Assembly (NCBI GenBank): GCA_034667725.1 | Contig: JAXDQS010000003.1 | Span: forward strand, 480,001 to 544,000 | Source of the DNA: Thermoplasmata archaeon | GTDB taxonomy: Archaea; Thermoplasmatota; E2; JACPAO01; JAHFTW01 | DNA: 64,000 bases | Direction of reading: 5' to 3' | Shown here: positions 27,377 through 36,187 of the stretch, piece after piece | Layout: each line of letters begins with the position of its first letter | How positions within the stretch are numbered: position 1 is the stretch's first letter | The notes under the pieces: model-generated | What the model was told of the DNA's origin: nothing | Seen by the model: the letters and a program-made list of their open reading frames with translations, nothing else | Databases searched by the model: none | Translations under genes and position numbers: made by a program

Positions 27377-27917
27377 CCCGGAAGCCATCGCCACCCTGAA
27401 GGAGGACCACGCCCGGCTGCGCGAGCTGCTGCCCCGCCTGCGCGCGGCGCCGGACGCGCACAACCGCGAGAACCTGTTCCAGGACGTCCAGGACGAGCTG
27501 GCCATCCACGGCCGCCTCGAGGAGGACATCTTCGACCCCGCGTTCCGGGACGCCGCCAAGGGCCTGGACCGGAAGCTGTACTTTGAGGCCCGCGAGGAGC
27601 ACCAGTCCATCGACCGCCTGCTTGCGGAGATGCGCCGCACCGACGTCGGCTCCGAGGCGTTCGCCGCCCAATGCAAGGTGCTGGAGGACCAGGTGCTGCG
27701 CCACATCGACGCGGAGGAGCGGACGATGTTCCCGAAGGCCGTCCGCCTGCTCGACAAGGAGAAGATGGCGGAGCTGGCCGGCCGGATGCGCCGCCGCCGC
27801 CTCGAGCTGCACGGGCAGACGCCGGTCGAGCGCGCCAACCACGACCAGGAATCCGCCCGCGAGAGCCTGTGGGGCCGGCTGTTCGGGCCGTTCGGCGACG
27901 ACGACCGCGCCATCTGA
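27129..27917 (+). CDS. hemerythrin/HHE cation-binding domain protein
   Basis: AIATLKEDH; ELAIHGRLEEDIF.P; EAREEH; HIDAEE..MFP; AGGTGA SD before ATG 27129. Confidence 0.85.
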   Translation: MPQPNPTGPASRTSRTSRRTSRSDRTTSRSRAPATPSRQGRSRAARSGTASPASRTTTRPSRPRKSRTSPTPASPRKASRPRDPEAIATLKEDHARLRELLPRLRAAPDAHNRENLFQDVQDELAIHGRLEEDIFDPAFRDAAKGLDRKLYFEAREEHQSIDRLLAEMRRTDVGSEAFAAQCKVLEDQVLRHIDAEERTMFPKAVRLLDKEKMAELAGRMRRRRLELHGQTPVERANHDQESARESLWGRLFGPFGDDDRAI

Positions 27918-27952
27918 AGGGCCTTTTGTAGGACCATCCCCTCGGCGCCGCC

Positions 27953-28576
27953 ATGGAACAACCCGACTACCTCAAGCTCCTGCGCCAAGCGCGGGCGACC
28001 CTGCCCGAGAACGTGGGCAACAAGGACCGCTGGGCCCTGCCGAAGCCTGAGGTCATCCCCGAGGGCCGCATGACCATCCTGCGCAACTTCCGCGAGATGC
28101 TCACCGCCACCCGCCGCGACCAGGACCACCTGGCCAAGTTCCTGCTGTCCCAGATCGGCACCGCCGGCTCCGTCGACGGCGACCGCCTGGTCTTCACCGG
28201 CAAGGTGCCCATGGCGAAGATGCAGGGCGTCCTGGACGACTACGTCGAGACCTACGTCCGCTGCGCCGAGTGCGGCGCCCCCGACACCCACGTCGAGAAG
28301 GACGCCCGCGTCGCCATCCTGCGCTGCGAGGCGTGCGGCGCCCACACCCCCATCAAGGCCCGCAAGGCCCGCCGCCCCGAGGCCGCCGTCAAGGAGGGCG
28401 GCGTCTACGAGGTCCGCCTCAGCCAGCCCGGCCAGCGCGGCGAGGCCAAGGGCGCCTACGAGGGCTACTACTTCATCGTCCCCGGCGGCCAGGTCGGCCA
28501 GACCGTGTGGGCCAAGGTCAACCGCATCTCGGGCAAGATGGCGTTCTGCGAGCTGACGGTCAAGCCGAAGGACTGA
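27953..28576 (+). CDS. eif2b: translation initiation factor aIF-2 beta with C-terminal TRAM domain
   Basis: EGRMTILRNF; KFLLSQIGTAG; YVRCAECGAPDT...CEACGA; TRAM-like GGVYEV...GYYFIVPG. Confidence 0.92.
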   Translation: MEQPDYLKLLRQARATLPENVGNKDRWALPKPEVIPEGRMTILRNFREMLTATRRDQDHLAKFLLSQIGTAGSVDGDRLVFTGKVPMAKMQGVLDDYVETYVRCAECGAPDTHVEKDARVAILRCEACGAHTPIKARKARRPEAAVKEGGVYEVRLSQPGQRGEAKGAYEGYYFIVPGGQVGQTVWAKVNRISGKMAFCELTVKPKD

Positions 28577-28580
28577 GCCG

Positions 28581-29165
28581 CTAGACCACTTGCCGCGCGT
28601 AGGTCCCCACGAGCCGCGCCGTCGCCAGCACATGCCCTGCCATCGCGGCCTCCAGCGCCTCGCGGTCCGAGCCGGGCTCCAGCGTGACGGCGACGTCGAG
28701 CGCGTAGACGGTGAAGTTGTAGTGGTGCGGCGCGCTCGCGGGCGCCGGGCAAGGGCCGCGGTAGCCTTCGCTCTCGATGGCGCCGTGGGGGAGGCCCCCT
28801 TGGGGGAAGCGGAGGGCGCCGTCCGGGGCGGTGAGGTTCCACACCAGCCAGAGCGTGAGGGTGCTGGCCGGCGCCTCGGGCACCGGCATGTCGGCGTCCT
28901 GCAAGATCAGCGCGAGCGACAAGGTGGCGGGCGCGACGCCGGTGACGTTGAGCGGCGGCGACACCTGGCGCTGCTGGTTGGCGTCGCACGAGTAGGCGCG
29001 CGGCATCGGGGCGCCGTCGGCGAAGTCGGGGCTCGACAGGCGCAGCAGGGCCGGGTCCTGCGTCGTCGCCATCGTGCCCGACGACGTCGTGCCGGCCAGG
29101 CCGGGCGCCCCCCCGCAACCGGCCAGCAGCACGGCGCAGGCCGTGAGCAAGGCCAGGTTGCGCAT
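28581..29165 (-). CDS. YbhB/YbcL (PEBP) family lipoprotein
   Basis: LLAGC lipobox; LSSPDF..G; VSPPL; YRGPCP....HHY.F.VYALD. Confidence 0.88.
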   Translation of the reverse strand: MRNLALLTACAVLLAGCGGAPGLAGTTSSGTMATTQDPALLRLSSPDFADGAPMPRAYSCDANQQRQVSPPLNVTGVAPATLSLALILQDADMPVPEAPASTLTLWLVWNLTAPDGALRFPQGGLPHGAIESEGYRGPCPAPASAPHHYNFTVYALDVAVTLEPGSDREALEAAMAGHVLATARLVGTYARQVV

Positions 29166-29212
29166 GCCTTGGGCGAGCGGCCGCCTCACCTGACGGCTTC
29201 GGCCGCGGCAAC

Positions 29213-31774
29213 TCACCATTGCACCACGCGGGCGCCGATGCGGCCCGCGGCCACGTCGCGCCCGGCCACCTGCACCCGCACCCGGTCGCCCAGGCGCGCG
29301 CGCACCAGGCGCGACTCGCCGGTGTCCGGGTCGGCCCACGTGCGCCAGCCCGTGGGGTCGGTGACGTCGCGCGGCTCCTGGTAGAGCATCGACTCCCACT
29401 CGTCGACCTGGAACGGGCCGCCGGGCAGGTCGCGCAGGGCGATGCGGGCGTCGAGGCCGCCTTCGAGCTCGACGAACATCCAGACCGGCGTGAAGCCGCC
29501 GACCCTGCCTTGCGTCGGCATCTCGTCCCCGGCCAGCACGAGGCAGCTGGCCTTGATGCGGCGCTCGAGCTGGTCGGCGGCGCGCTCCTGGCTGCTGCAG
29601 TGGTCGCACATCGCCTGGAGCGACTGCTCGCTGTGCGGCGCCGGCCCCTTCGAGCCCTCGACGAGCCACTTGAGGTTGCGGTGCACCACCAGGTCGGGGT
29701 AGCGCCGGATCGGGCTGGTGAAGTGGCAGTAGTAGGTCGAGGCGAGGCCGAAGTGGCCGGCGTTCTCCGGCATGTAGGCGGCGCGGCCCATGGCGCCAAG
29801 CACCTTGATGGTCGCGATCTCGGCCAATGCCGCGTCCGGCAGGTCCGACAGGGTGTCCACGACCTCGCGGAACGGCTCCAGCCAGGCGTCCTGCTCCTCC
29901 TCCGAGAGCGCCGCGAAGCCGACCTTGGCCGTGACGCCGCCATCGGGGGCGGGCGCCGCTGGGGCCTCGACGGCGCCGCCGAACATCTGCAGCTTGCCGC
30001 CGCCTTTCTTGAGCTGGTCGAGCAAGGTCTCGGCGGCGGCCTCGGCGCCCCGGGTGCTCTTGCCGGGCAGCACCATCTCGGCCGGGATGCCCATGGTGGC
30101 AAGCTGGTGCTTGAGCCGCTCGGCCTTGTCGCGGTCGGGCAGCGGGTGGACGCGGTACAGGACGGGGACCTTGTTCTCGGTGAGGTGGCGGGCGACCGCC
30201 TCGTTGGCGGCCACCATGAACATCTCGATCATGCGGGTGGCGTCGTCGGCGCGCTTCTCCAAGGCCGAGAACCCGGCGGCGCCGAGGATCACTTTCAATT
30301 CGCCGGTCTCCAGGTTGATGCCGCGGCGGTGCTGCCGCATCCGGTCGGCCAGCTCCATCAACTGCTTGAACGGGGACTGGCCGGCCCGGGCGCGCTGCAA
30401 CGCGGTCTCGTACGCCAGGTTCTCGCGCACCCGGATGAGGGCCTTGTGGAACTGCATCCCCTCGACGCGGCCGTCGGCGCCGACCTCCAAGCCCACGCTC
30501 AAGGCCATGCGGTCGCCGTCGCTGCGCAGGCTGCACAGGTTGTCGGAGATGCGGGCCGGCAGCATCGGCAGCACGCGGCCCGGCAGGTAGACCGAGGTGG
30601 CGCGCTTGCGGGCGTGGCGGTCGAGCGTGGTGTCGAGCCGCACGTAGTGGCTCACGTCGGCGATGTGGACCCAGAGCCGGACCCGCCCCGCGCCAAGGTC
30701 CTCGATGCCGACGGCGTCGTCGAAGTCCTTGGCGTCGTGCGGGTCGATGGTGTGGCACTCCAGGCCGCGCAGGTCGGTGCGGTCGGGGTCCTCGGCCAGC
30801 GTGGGCTCCGCGAACTTGGCGGCGGCCTCCTCGGCCCGGGGGTCCTCGGTGTGCTCGAAGAACTCCTCCTGGTTGACATGGCGGCGGATGAGCGCCCCGA
30901 CCGCCTCCTGCGGCGACCAGAGGCCCCACGCCAGCAGGCAATGGACGTAGTCGCTCGAGTGGCTGGTGTGCTCGCCCAGCCAGTCCTGCGCCAGGAAGCC
31001 GAGCTGGCGATGCAGGTCCAGGCCGAACGCCTGCACGGCCCCCAGCCCGCCGATGCCGCGCACCGGCTCCCCGTCGCGGGGGACGCCGTCCCACTCCACG
31101 AACTGGCGCATCGCGGGTTCGACCCACTCCAAGGTGGCGCGCGCGGCCTCCGACGGCTGGGTGGCGGCGCGGCGGAACGAGCGCCCCTCCTCCGTCTCCT
31201 CCTCGGCCACCAGCTCCCGCCGGAGCCGCTGCAGCTCCTCCCACGCGGCCCGCATCCGGTCGTGCTCGGCCAGGCTCCACGGCCGCCACCGGTCGCCGCG
31301 GCCGCCGACCGTCTGGAAGCGGCCGGTGCCGGGACGGCGGCAGCGGTCGAGGGCGGCGCGCGCGTCGCGCAGCTGGCCCGGCGACGGGTCGGAGCCGTAG
31401 TGCGCCTGCGCAATCTGGAGGTCGGTCCAGGACTCGCGGTCGTCGCGGCAGGTCGCCTGCCACAACGCCTCCTCCAGCCGGCCGAGGTCGTCCTCGCCCT
31501 CCTCCGCCAGGTTGCCCTTGGCGTGGACCTCGACGAGGTGCTTGAGGCGGGCGAGCGCCTCCTCGTGGTCGCGCAGGTCGCCGGCGTAACGCTCGCGGAA
31601 GACGCGCCGCGTGAGGTGCTCCGCCTTCGTCTCCTTCACGCCGGCCACGGTCAGAAGTCGCGCCCACGGCACGCCCTTGACGCGATAACGGTCGAGCAGG
31701 ATGCCAAGGTTGCGCGGCGCCTCGATGCCGTGCGTCCCCGGCTTGAACTCGACCACGTCGCCCGGCTTGGACAT
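29213..31774 (-). CDS. rnr: RNB-domain exoribonuclease (RNase R/II family)
   Basis: TIDPHDAKDFDDA; VHIADVSHYV; TSVYLP; IEMFMVAANE; HFGL...YCHFTSPIRRYPDLVVHR; C-terminal S1-like domain. Confidence 0.9.
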   Translation of the reverse strand: MSKPGDVVEFKPGTHGIEAPRNLGILLDRYRVKGVPWARLLTVAGVKETKAEHLTRRVFRERYAGDLRDHEEALARLKHLVEVHAKGNLAEEGEDDLGRLEEALWQATCRDDRESWTDLQIAQAHYGSDPSPGQLRDARAALDRCRRPGTGRFQTVGGRGDRWRPWSLAEHDRMRAAWEELQRLRRELVAEEETEEGRSFRRAATQPSEAARATLEWVEPAMRQFVEWDGVPRDGEPVRGIGGLGAVQAFGLDLHRQLGFLAQDWLGEHTSHSSDYVHCLLAWGLWSPQEAVGALIRRHVNQEEFFEHTEDPRAEEAAAKFAEPTLAEDPDRTDLRGLECHTIDPHDAKDFDDAVGIEDLGAGRVRLWVHIADVSHYVRLDTTLDRHARKRATSVYLPGRVLPMLPARISDNLCSLRSDGDRMALSVGLEVGADGRVEGMQFHKALIRVRENLAYETALQRARAGQSPFKQLMELADRMRQHRRGINLETGELKVILGAAGFSALEKRADDATRMIEMFMVAANEAVARHLTENKVPVLYRVHPLPDRDKAERLKHQLATMGIPAEMVLPGKSTRGAEAAAETLLDQLKKGGGKLQMFGGAVEAPAAPAPDGGVTAKVGFAALSEEEQDAWLEPFREVVDTLSDLPDAALAEIATIKVLGAMGRAAYMPENAGHFGLASTYYCHFTSPIRRYPDLVVHRNLKWLVEGSKGPAPHSEQSLQAMCDHCSSQERAADQLERRIKASCLVLAGDEMPTQGRVGGFTPVWMFVELEGGLDARIALRDLPGGPFQVDEWESMLYQEPRDVTDPTGWRTWADPDTGESRLVRARLGDRVRVQVAGRDVAAGRIGARVVQW

Positions 31775-32448
31775 CAGAGGCCCGCGCAGAGGTCCTTGAG
31801 CGCCACCGCCGGCTTCCGCGCCTTCACGACGCCGGACGCCACCAGGACGCCGTGCGCGCCCAGCTCGATGGCCTTGGCGACGTCGTAGCCGGTCTTGACG
31901 CCGGCTCCGCACAGCACCTTGGTCTTGGCGCTCACCCGCTTGACCGCCTCGACGGCCTCCGACACCACCGTCGGGTCCGCCGACGTCACCGACACCTCGC
32001 CGCCGATGAGCTCGGGCGGCTCGATGGCGATGGCGAGCGGCTTGAGCTTCGCCAGCATCCGCGCCTCCACCACCGAGTCGGCGCACAAGAGCACCGGCAG
32101 CCCGGCCACCAGGCAGCGGGCCATCGTGTCGCGCGCCACCGTCGGGCCCACCTTGTGCTCGGCGTGGTTCAGGATCGTGCCCTTGGCGCCCGCCGCGCGC
32201 GCCGCGTCGGGCCCGGCGAAGCCGGTGCCGACGCCGGGGCCGCGGTCGTCCACGTGCTGGGCCCAGACCTGGACGCGGCCGCGCCGGCCCCTGCCGACGC
32301 GGGCCAGCTCCGGCATGGGGGGCGCGATGGCCATCTCGCAGCCGGCGGCCGTGGCCGCCTCCTGGGCGGCCCGGAGCAGCAGGTCGAGGCCGCGGCCGGT
32401 GGCCTCGGGGTAGGCCTTGCAGTTGACGATGATGGGCGGGAGCGCCAC
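31774..32448 (-). CDS. tpiA: triosephosphate isomerase (archaeal short type)
   Basis: IVNCKAY; AQHVD; LNHAEH; IEPPELIG; LCGAGV; GVLVASG. Confidence 0.95.
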   Translation of the reverse strand: MALPPIIVNCKAYPEATGRGLDLLLRAAQEAATAAGCEMAIAPPMPELARVGRGRRGRVQVWAQHVDDRGPGVGTGFAGPDAARAAGAKGTILNHAEHKVGPTVARDTMARCLVAGLPVLLCADSVVEARMLAKLKPLAIAIEPPELIGGEVSVTSADPTVVSEAVEAVKRVSAKTKVLCGAGVKTGYDVAKAIELGAHGVLVASGVVKARKPAVALKDLCAGL

Positions 32449-32517
32449 GGCGGGCCGATCGGCGTTGGGGCGAAAGCCTTGGCGACGCCTTTTTGCGGGG
32501 GCCGGCGTCGCGCGGCC

Positions 32518-33291
32518 ATGGTCGCGCCGAACCTGGTGGGCTCCGTCGGGTTGCTGCTTGCAGGCATGGGGCTCCTGTTCCTGTACCTGCGGCGCTACGA
32601 GGGCCACTTCGACCAGCCGCGGCTGTTCTTCGCGCTCCTCGTGGGCCTGTTCGCGGGCGCACTGCTGCGCTTCATGGAGCAGAAGCTGTTCGGCTTCGAG
32701 GTGCCGCGCCTGCTGCAGCCCGAGGGCGACCTGGCCACCGCGACCCTGGTCTACTCCGCCGCCTACAGCACGGTGGGCTACGCAATGCTGGAAGGGGCCG
32801 CCAAGACCGCGATCCTGGGCCTCAAGAAGTTCCGCACCCGCGCCGACGCCCCGTTCCATGGCGCCGCCATGGGCATCGGCTTCGGCGCCATGTGGGCCAG
32901 CGCGGTCGCGACCACCTTCTTCATCTCCGACGGCAAGGACATGGTGCTCACCGGCCCCGCCGTGCTGTTCGACCTGTTCGTGCTGGCGCTCGCCTTCGCC
33001 ATGCTGCTCGCCAACGCCGCCTCGGGCGTCTGGGTCGGCCGCGGCGCCGCCCAAGGCTCCCTCTGGCGCGGCCTCATGCTCGGCACCCTCTGGCAGATCC
33101 CGGCGCTGGCGTGCTACTGGGCGTTCCTCAACATCGCGGGCGCCGTCGTCCTCAGCTCGCTTTTGGCCCTCGCCTACGGCATCCTGGCCGTCTACGTCGC
33201 GGACAAGCGCATCCTGCAGCCCGCCATCCCGCCCGAAGTGCGCGACCAGCTGCGCCGCCAGGAACGCCGCGAGCGCCGCAAGGCCACCTAG
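32518..33291 (+). CDS. PrsW-like multi-TM membrane protein
   Basis: About 7 TM; LEGAAK and G.A.GIGFGA resemble PrsW motifs but are degenerate. Confidence 0.65.
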   Translation: MVAPNLVGSVGLLLAGMGLLFLYLRRYEGHFDQPRLFFALLVGLFAGALLRFMEQKLFGFEVPRLLQPEGDLATATLVYSAAYSTVGYAMLEGAAKTAILGLKKFRTRADAPFHGAAMGIGFGAMWASAVATTFFISDGKDMVLTGPAVLFDLFVLALAFAMLLANAASGVWVGRGAAQGSLWRGLMLGTLWQIPALACYWAFLNIAGAVVLSSLLALAYGILAVYVADKRILQPAIPPEVRDQLRRQERRERRKAT

Positions 33292-33746
33292 ATGTCCACC
33301 ATCCGGTAGAAGCCCGCGCGCGGCTCCAACAGGACGTCCATCGCGAGCATCCGGACCAGCTCCGCCTCGGCCCGCTTGCGCTCCAGGCCCGCCTTCTCCA
33401 GCGCCTCCAGGAGGTCGTCGCGCGCCGCGACGCCGCACAGCCGGCTCAAGGCGAGCGCCACCAGCTCGGCGCGGCTCGACTTGTTGGCGATGCCGGCGCC
33501 CTGCGCGGCGGCCGCCTCGACCGGCGAGTCGTGGCGCGGCAGGCGCGGCCGCGTGAGCGCCTCCGGCACGGCGCCGCCGAGGGTCGCGACCACCGCCCGC
33601 GCCTCGGCCGCGGAGCCGCCGGACCAGCGCAGGCGCGCGGGCTCCAAGGCGACGGCGCGGCGGCAACGCGGGCAGGCCGCCTGGGCGTGCCGCAGCTCGA
33701 CCGCCCAGGCTTGGCCGCAGCCGCACTGCGCGACGCCGAACGTCAC
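33288..33746 (-). CDS. zinc-ribbon plus winged-helix protein (DUF1922/DUF5817-like)
   Basis: QCGCG..W...CPRC; C-terminal LLEPRAGFYR. Confidence 0.7.
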   Translation of the reverse strand: MTFGVAQCGCGQAWAVELRHAQAACPRCRRAVALEPARLRWSGGSAAEARAVVATLGGAVPEALTRPRLPRHDSPVEAAAAQGAGIANKSSRAELVALALSRLCGVAARDDLLEALEKAGLERKRAEAELVRMLAMDVLLEPRAGFYRMVDI

Positions 33747-33889
33747 CCCTCCACCACCACGCGCGCCGGGCCGGCGCCGGGGAGGCGGAAGGCCATGCGG
33801 TCCATGCAGGCGCCGCAGCGCACGAGGCCAGCCATGGCGTCCGCGTCAAAGAGGCCGCGACAATGGTTGCAAGCGATCCAGAGTCCCAT
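33743..33889 (-). CDS. 48-aa C4 zinc-finger microprotein
   Basis: CNHC...CGAC; GTGA overlap with the next gene. Confidence 0.55.
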   Translation of the reverse strand: MGLWIACNHCRGLFDADAMAGLVRCGACMDRMAFRLPGAGPARVVVEG

Positions 33890-33991
33890 CGCACGGCGGA
33901 TTCGCTGGGAGGGGATGGACGTTGCAGGGAGGCGGGTGAATCCTTGCGCGACCCCAAACGGCCATGAAGCGCCACCCGGTCGCCGCCCCCG

Positions 33992-35560
33992 ATGACCTGG
34001 GATGCCGTGGCCGACGTCCTCGCCGGCCGCAAGACGGGGCAGACGGTGCGCCTGCGCGGCTGGGTGCACCGCTCCCGCTCCGCCGGCAAGATGGCCTTCA
34101 TCGTGCTGCGGGACGGCTCCGGCGGCGTCGTGCAGTGCACCGTCAAGGGCGGTGCGGTGGAAGACAAGGACCTGGAGGCGGCGAAGTCCGCCGGCATCGA
34201 GTCCAGCGTGCAGCTGCTGGAAGGGACCGTGGTGGCCGACGAGCGCGCCCCCGGCGGCTTCGAGGTCAAGGCGACCCGGTTCGAGCTGCACCGCAAGGCC
34301 GAGGCGTTCCCGCTGCGCGGCGAGCAGGGCACCGAGTTCGAGCTGGACAACCGCCACCTCTGGCTCCGGAGCACCGAGCTTTCTGCGATCCTGCGGGTCA
34401 AGGGCCGGCTCTACAAGGCCATCCGCGACTTCTACGCGGCGGAGGGGTTCGTGGAAGTGGATCCAAGTGTGATCACCACCAACGCCTGCGAGGGCGGCTC
34501 CACCCTGTTCACCTTCGACTACTTCGGCCAGACGGCCTACCTGTCCCAGTCGGCGCAGATGTACCTGGAGGGCTGCATCTTCGGCATCCCCAAGGTGTTC
34601 AGCATCACGCCCAGTTTCCGCGCCGAGAAAAGCCGGACCAACAAGCACCTCACCGAGTTCCATCATCTGGAAGCGGAGTACGCCTGGTGGGACGCCGAGG
34701 ACAACCGCGTGTTCCAGGAGCGCATGGTGACGCATTTGGCGCACACGGTGGCGAAGGAGTGCGAGGCCGACCTTCGGTTGCTGGGGCAGGACCCCGCCAA
34801 GCTGCTGCGGATCGGGACGTATGAGCCGGGCAAGTCCCTGGCCGACGAGCCGGGCAAGCGGTTCCCGCGCGTGGACTACGCGGCGGCGGTCGAGGAGCTG
34901 CAACGGCAAGGGTTCCACCTTCCTTATGGCGAGGATTTCGGCGTCCCGCACGAGAAGGCCCTGACGGAAGGGAGGGTGAACCCGATGTTCATCTGCGATT
35001 GGCCCGCGCGGATCAAGGCGTTCTACATGGCCGAGAAGCAGGGCACCGACCGCGTGCTGTGCAGCGACATGCTCGGCCCCGATGGGTATGGCGAGATCAT
35101 TGGCGGGAGCCAGAGGAGCGAGGACATCGAGAGCATGAAGCGCCGCCTGTCCGCGCAACTCCTGGCCGAAGCCGCCGAGAAGGCCGAGGAGCAGCACAAG
35201 AAGCTCGACTTCGGCATCCTCGACGGCACCCGCACGGTCGGCACGCCCGCGGAAGCGGAGGCGTTCTTCCAGGCCGTGTGCGAGCTCACCGGCACCAAGT
35301 TCACCGACGTCACGGTGGAGGCCATGGCCGGGTCCCGCGACCGCTCCACCCCGCGCGCGGCCCAGGACGCCTGGACCGACGCCTACTGGAAGGCCAGCCT
35401 GGCCCCCTACCAGTGGTACTTCGACCTCCGCCGCTACGGCTCCGTCCCCCACTCCGGCTTCGGCCTCGGCATCGAGCGCCTCCTTCGCTGGTTCACCGGC
35501 CAGGAGCACATCCGCGACATGCTGCCGTATCCGCGGACGCCGTCGAGGGCGTACCCATGA
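33992..35560 (+). CDS. asnS: asparagine--tRNA ligase
   Basis: LRGWV; LRDGSG; CEGGSTLF; YLSQSAQMYLE; FRAEKSRT.KHLTEF; EIIGGSQR; WYFDLRRYGSVPHSGFGLGIER. Confidence 0.95.
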   Translation: MTWDAVADVLAGRKTGQTVRLRGWVHRSRSAGKMAFIVLRDGSGGVVQCTVKGGAVEDKDLEAAKSAGIESSVQLLEGTVVADERAPGGFEVKATRFELHRKAEAFPLRGEQGTEFELDNRHLWLRSTELSAILRVKGRLYKAIRDFYAAEGFVEVDPSVITTNACEGGSTLFTFDYFGQTAYLSQSAQMYLEGCIFGIPKVFSITPSFRAEKSRTNKHLTEFHHLEAEYAWWDAEDNRVFQERMVTHLAHTVAKECEADLRLLGQDPAKLLRIGTYEPGKSLADEPGKRFPRVDYAAAVEELQRQGFHLPYGEDFGVPHEKALTEGRVNPMFICDWPARIKAFYMAEKQGTDRVLCSDMLGPDGYGEIIGGSQRSEDIESMKRRLSAQLLAEAAEKAEEQHKKLDFGILDGTRTVGTPAEAEAFFQAVCELTGTKFTDVTVEAMAGSRDRSTPRAAQDAWTDAYWKASLAPYQWYFDLRRYGSVPHSGFGLGIERLLRWFTGQEHIRDMLPYPRTPSRAYP

Positions 35561-35691
35561 GCGTGGCTTTGGTCGGGGGGCCGAGCGAAGCGAGCGCCCC
35601 CCTTGACGCGGGGGAGTCCCTCGGGGGCGGAGCCCCCAGGCGGGGCATGCTGCCCTACCCGCGCACGCCGTCGAGGGCCTACCCTTGAGCG
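35518..35691 (+). repeat. duplicated asnS 3' end (46 bp) flanking a REP-like hairpin insert
   Basis: MLPYPRTPSRAYP* is encoded at 35519 and again at 35647; 5 differences, all synonymous. Confidence 0.9.
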
Positions 35692-35700
35692 CTCCGGACA

Positions 35701-35761
35701 ACCACGGACCGCACGGATTCCACGGACCTAGGGTCTCCGTGCGATCCGTGAAATCCGTGGT
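35701..35761. repeat. palindromic element of 9-bp units (CACGGA x3 / TCCGTG x3)
   Basis: accacggaccgcacggattccacgga-cctagggtc-tccgtgcgatccgtgaaatccgtggt. Confidence 0.9.
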
Positions 35762-35781
35762 CCCAGGCGGAGGCGCGTAGC

Positions 35782-36168
35782 GTGCCGAAGCGCCGCGAGA
35801 TGCAGAAGGCCCGCGCCGGCATGTCGGTCAGCGAGGAGACCGTCGCCCTCTACGGCGCCGCCCGCGCCTTCCTCATCGGCGAATGGATCGGGGCCCTGCT
35901 GATGCTCTCCTCGTTCACGCTGCTCTACCTGCTCTACGCCGCCACCGCCTGGTCGCCGAAAAGCATCCTCATCGCCACCTTGGGCCTCATGGGCGTCGGC
36001 ACCGTCGCCTACCTGCGCAGCCGGGCCTACTACCAGCGTATCGCGTTCCCCTACGCCCCCCGCGCCCACCTCGGCGCCCTGCTGGTGGCCGGCTCGGCCG
36101 TCGTGTTCTGGCTGCTGTTCGCGCTGCTGGAAATCCTGGTGGGGCTCGGCGTCGAGGTCGGCGGTTAG
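35782..36168 (+). CDS. hypothetical 3-TM membrane protein
   Basis: Hydrophobic ORF with GC3-rich codon usage. Confidence 0.7.
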   Translation: MPKRREMQKARAGMSVSEETVALYGAARAFLIGEWIGALLMLSSFTLLYLLYAATAWSPKSILIATLGLMGVGTVAYLRSRAYYQRIAFPYAPRAHLGALLVAGSAVVFWLLFALLEILVGLGVEVGG

Positions 36169-36187
36169 GGTTTTGCCCTAACCCTGA

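Noticed and set aside
27953-28576. aIF-2beta-TRAM fusion as a novelty
   Set aside because: Known in several euryarchaeal lineages including Thermoplasmata
35150-35400. Intein in asnS
   Set aside because: No N-terminal Cys/Ser block with C-terminal His-Asn, and too short
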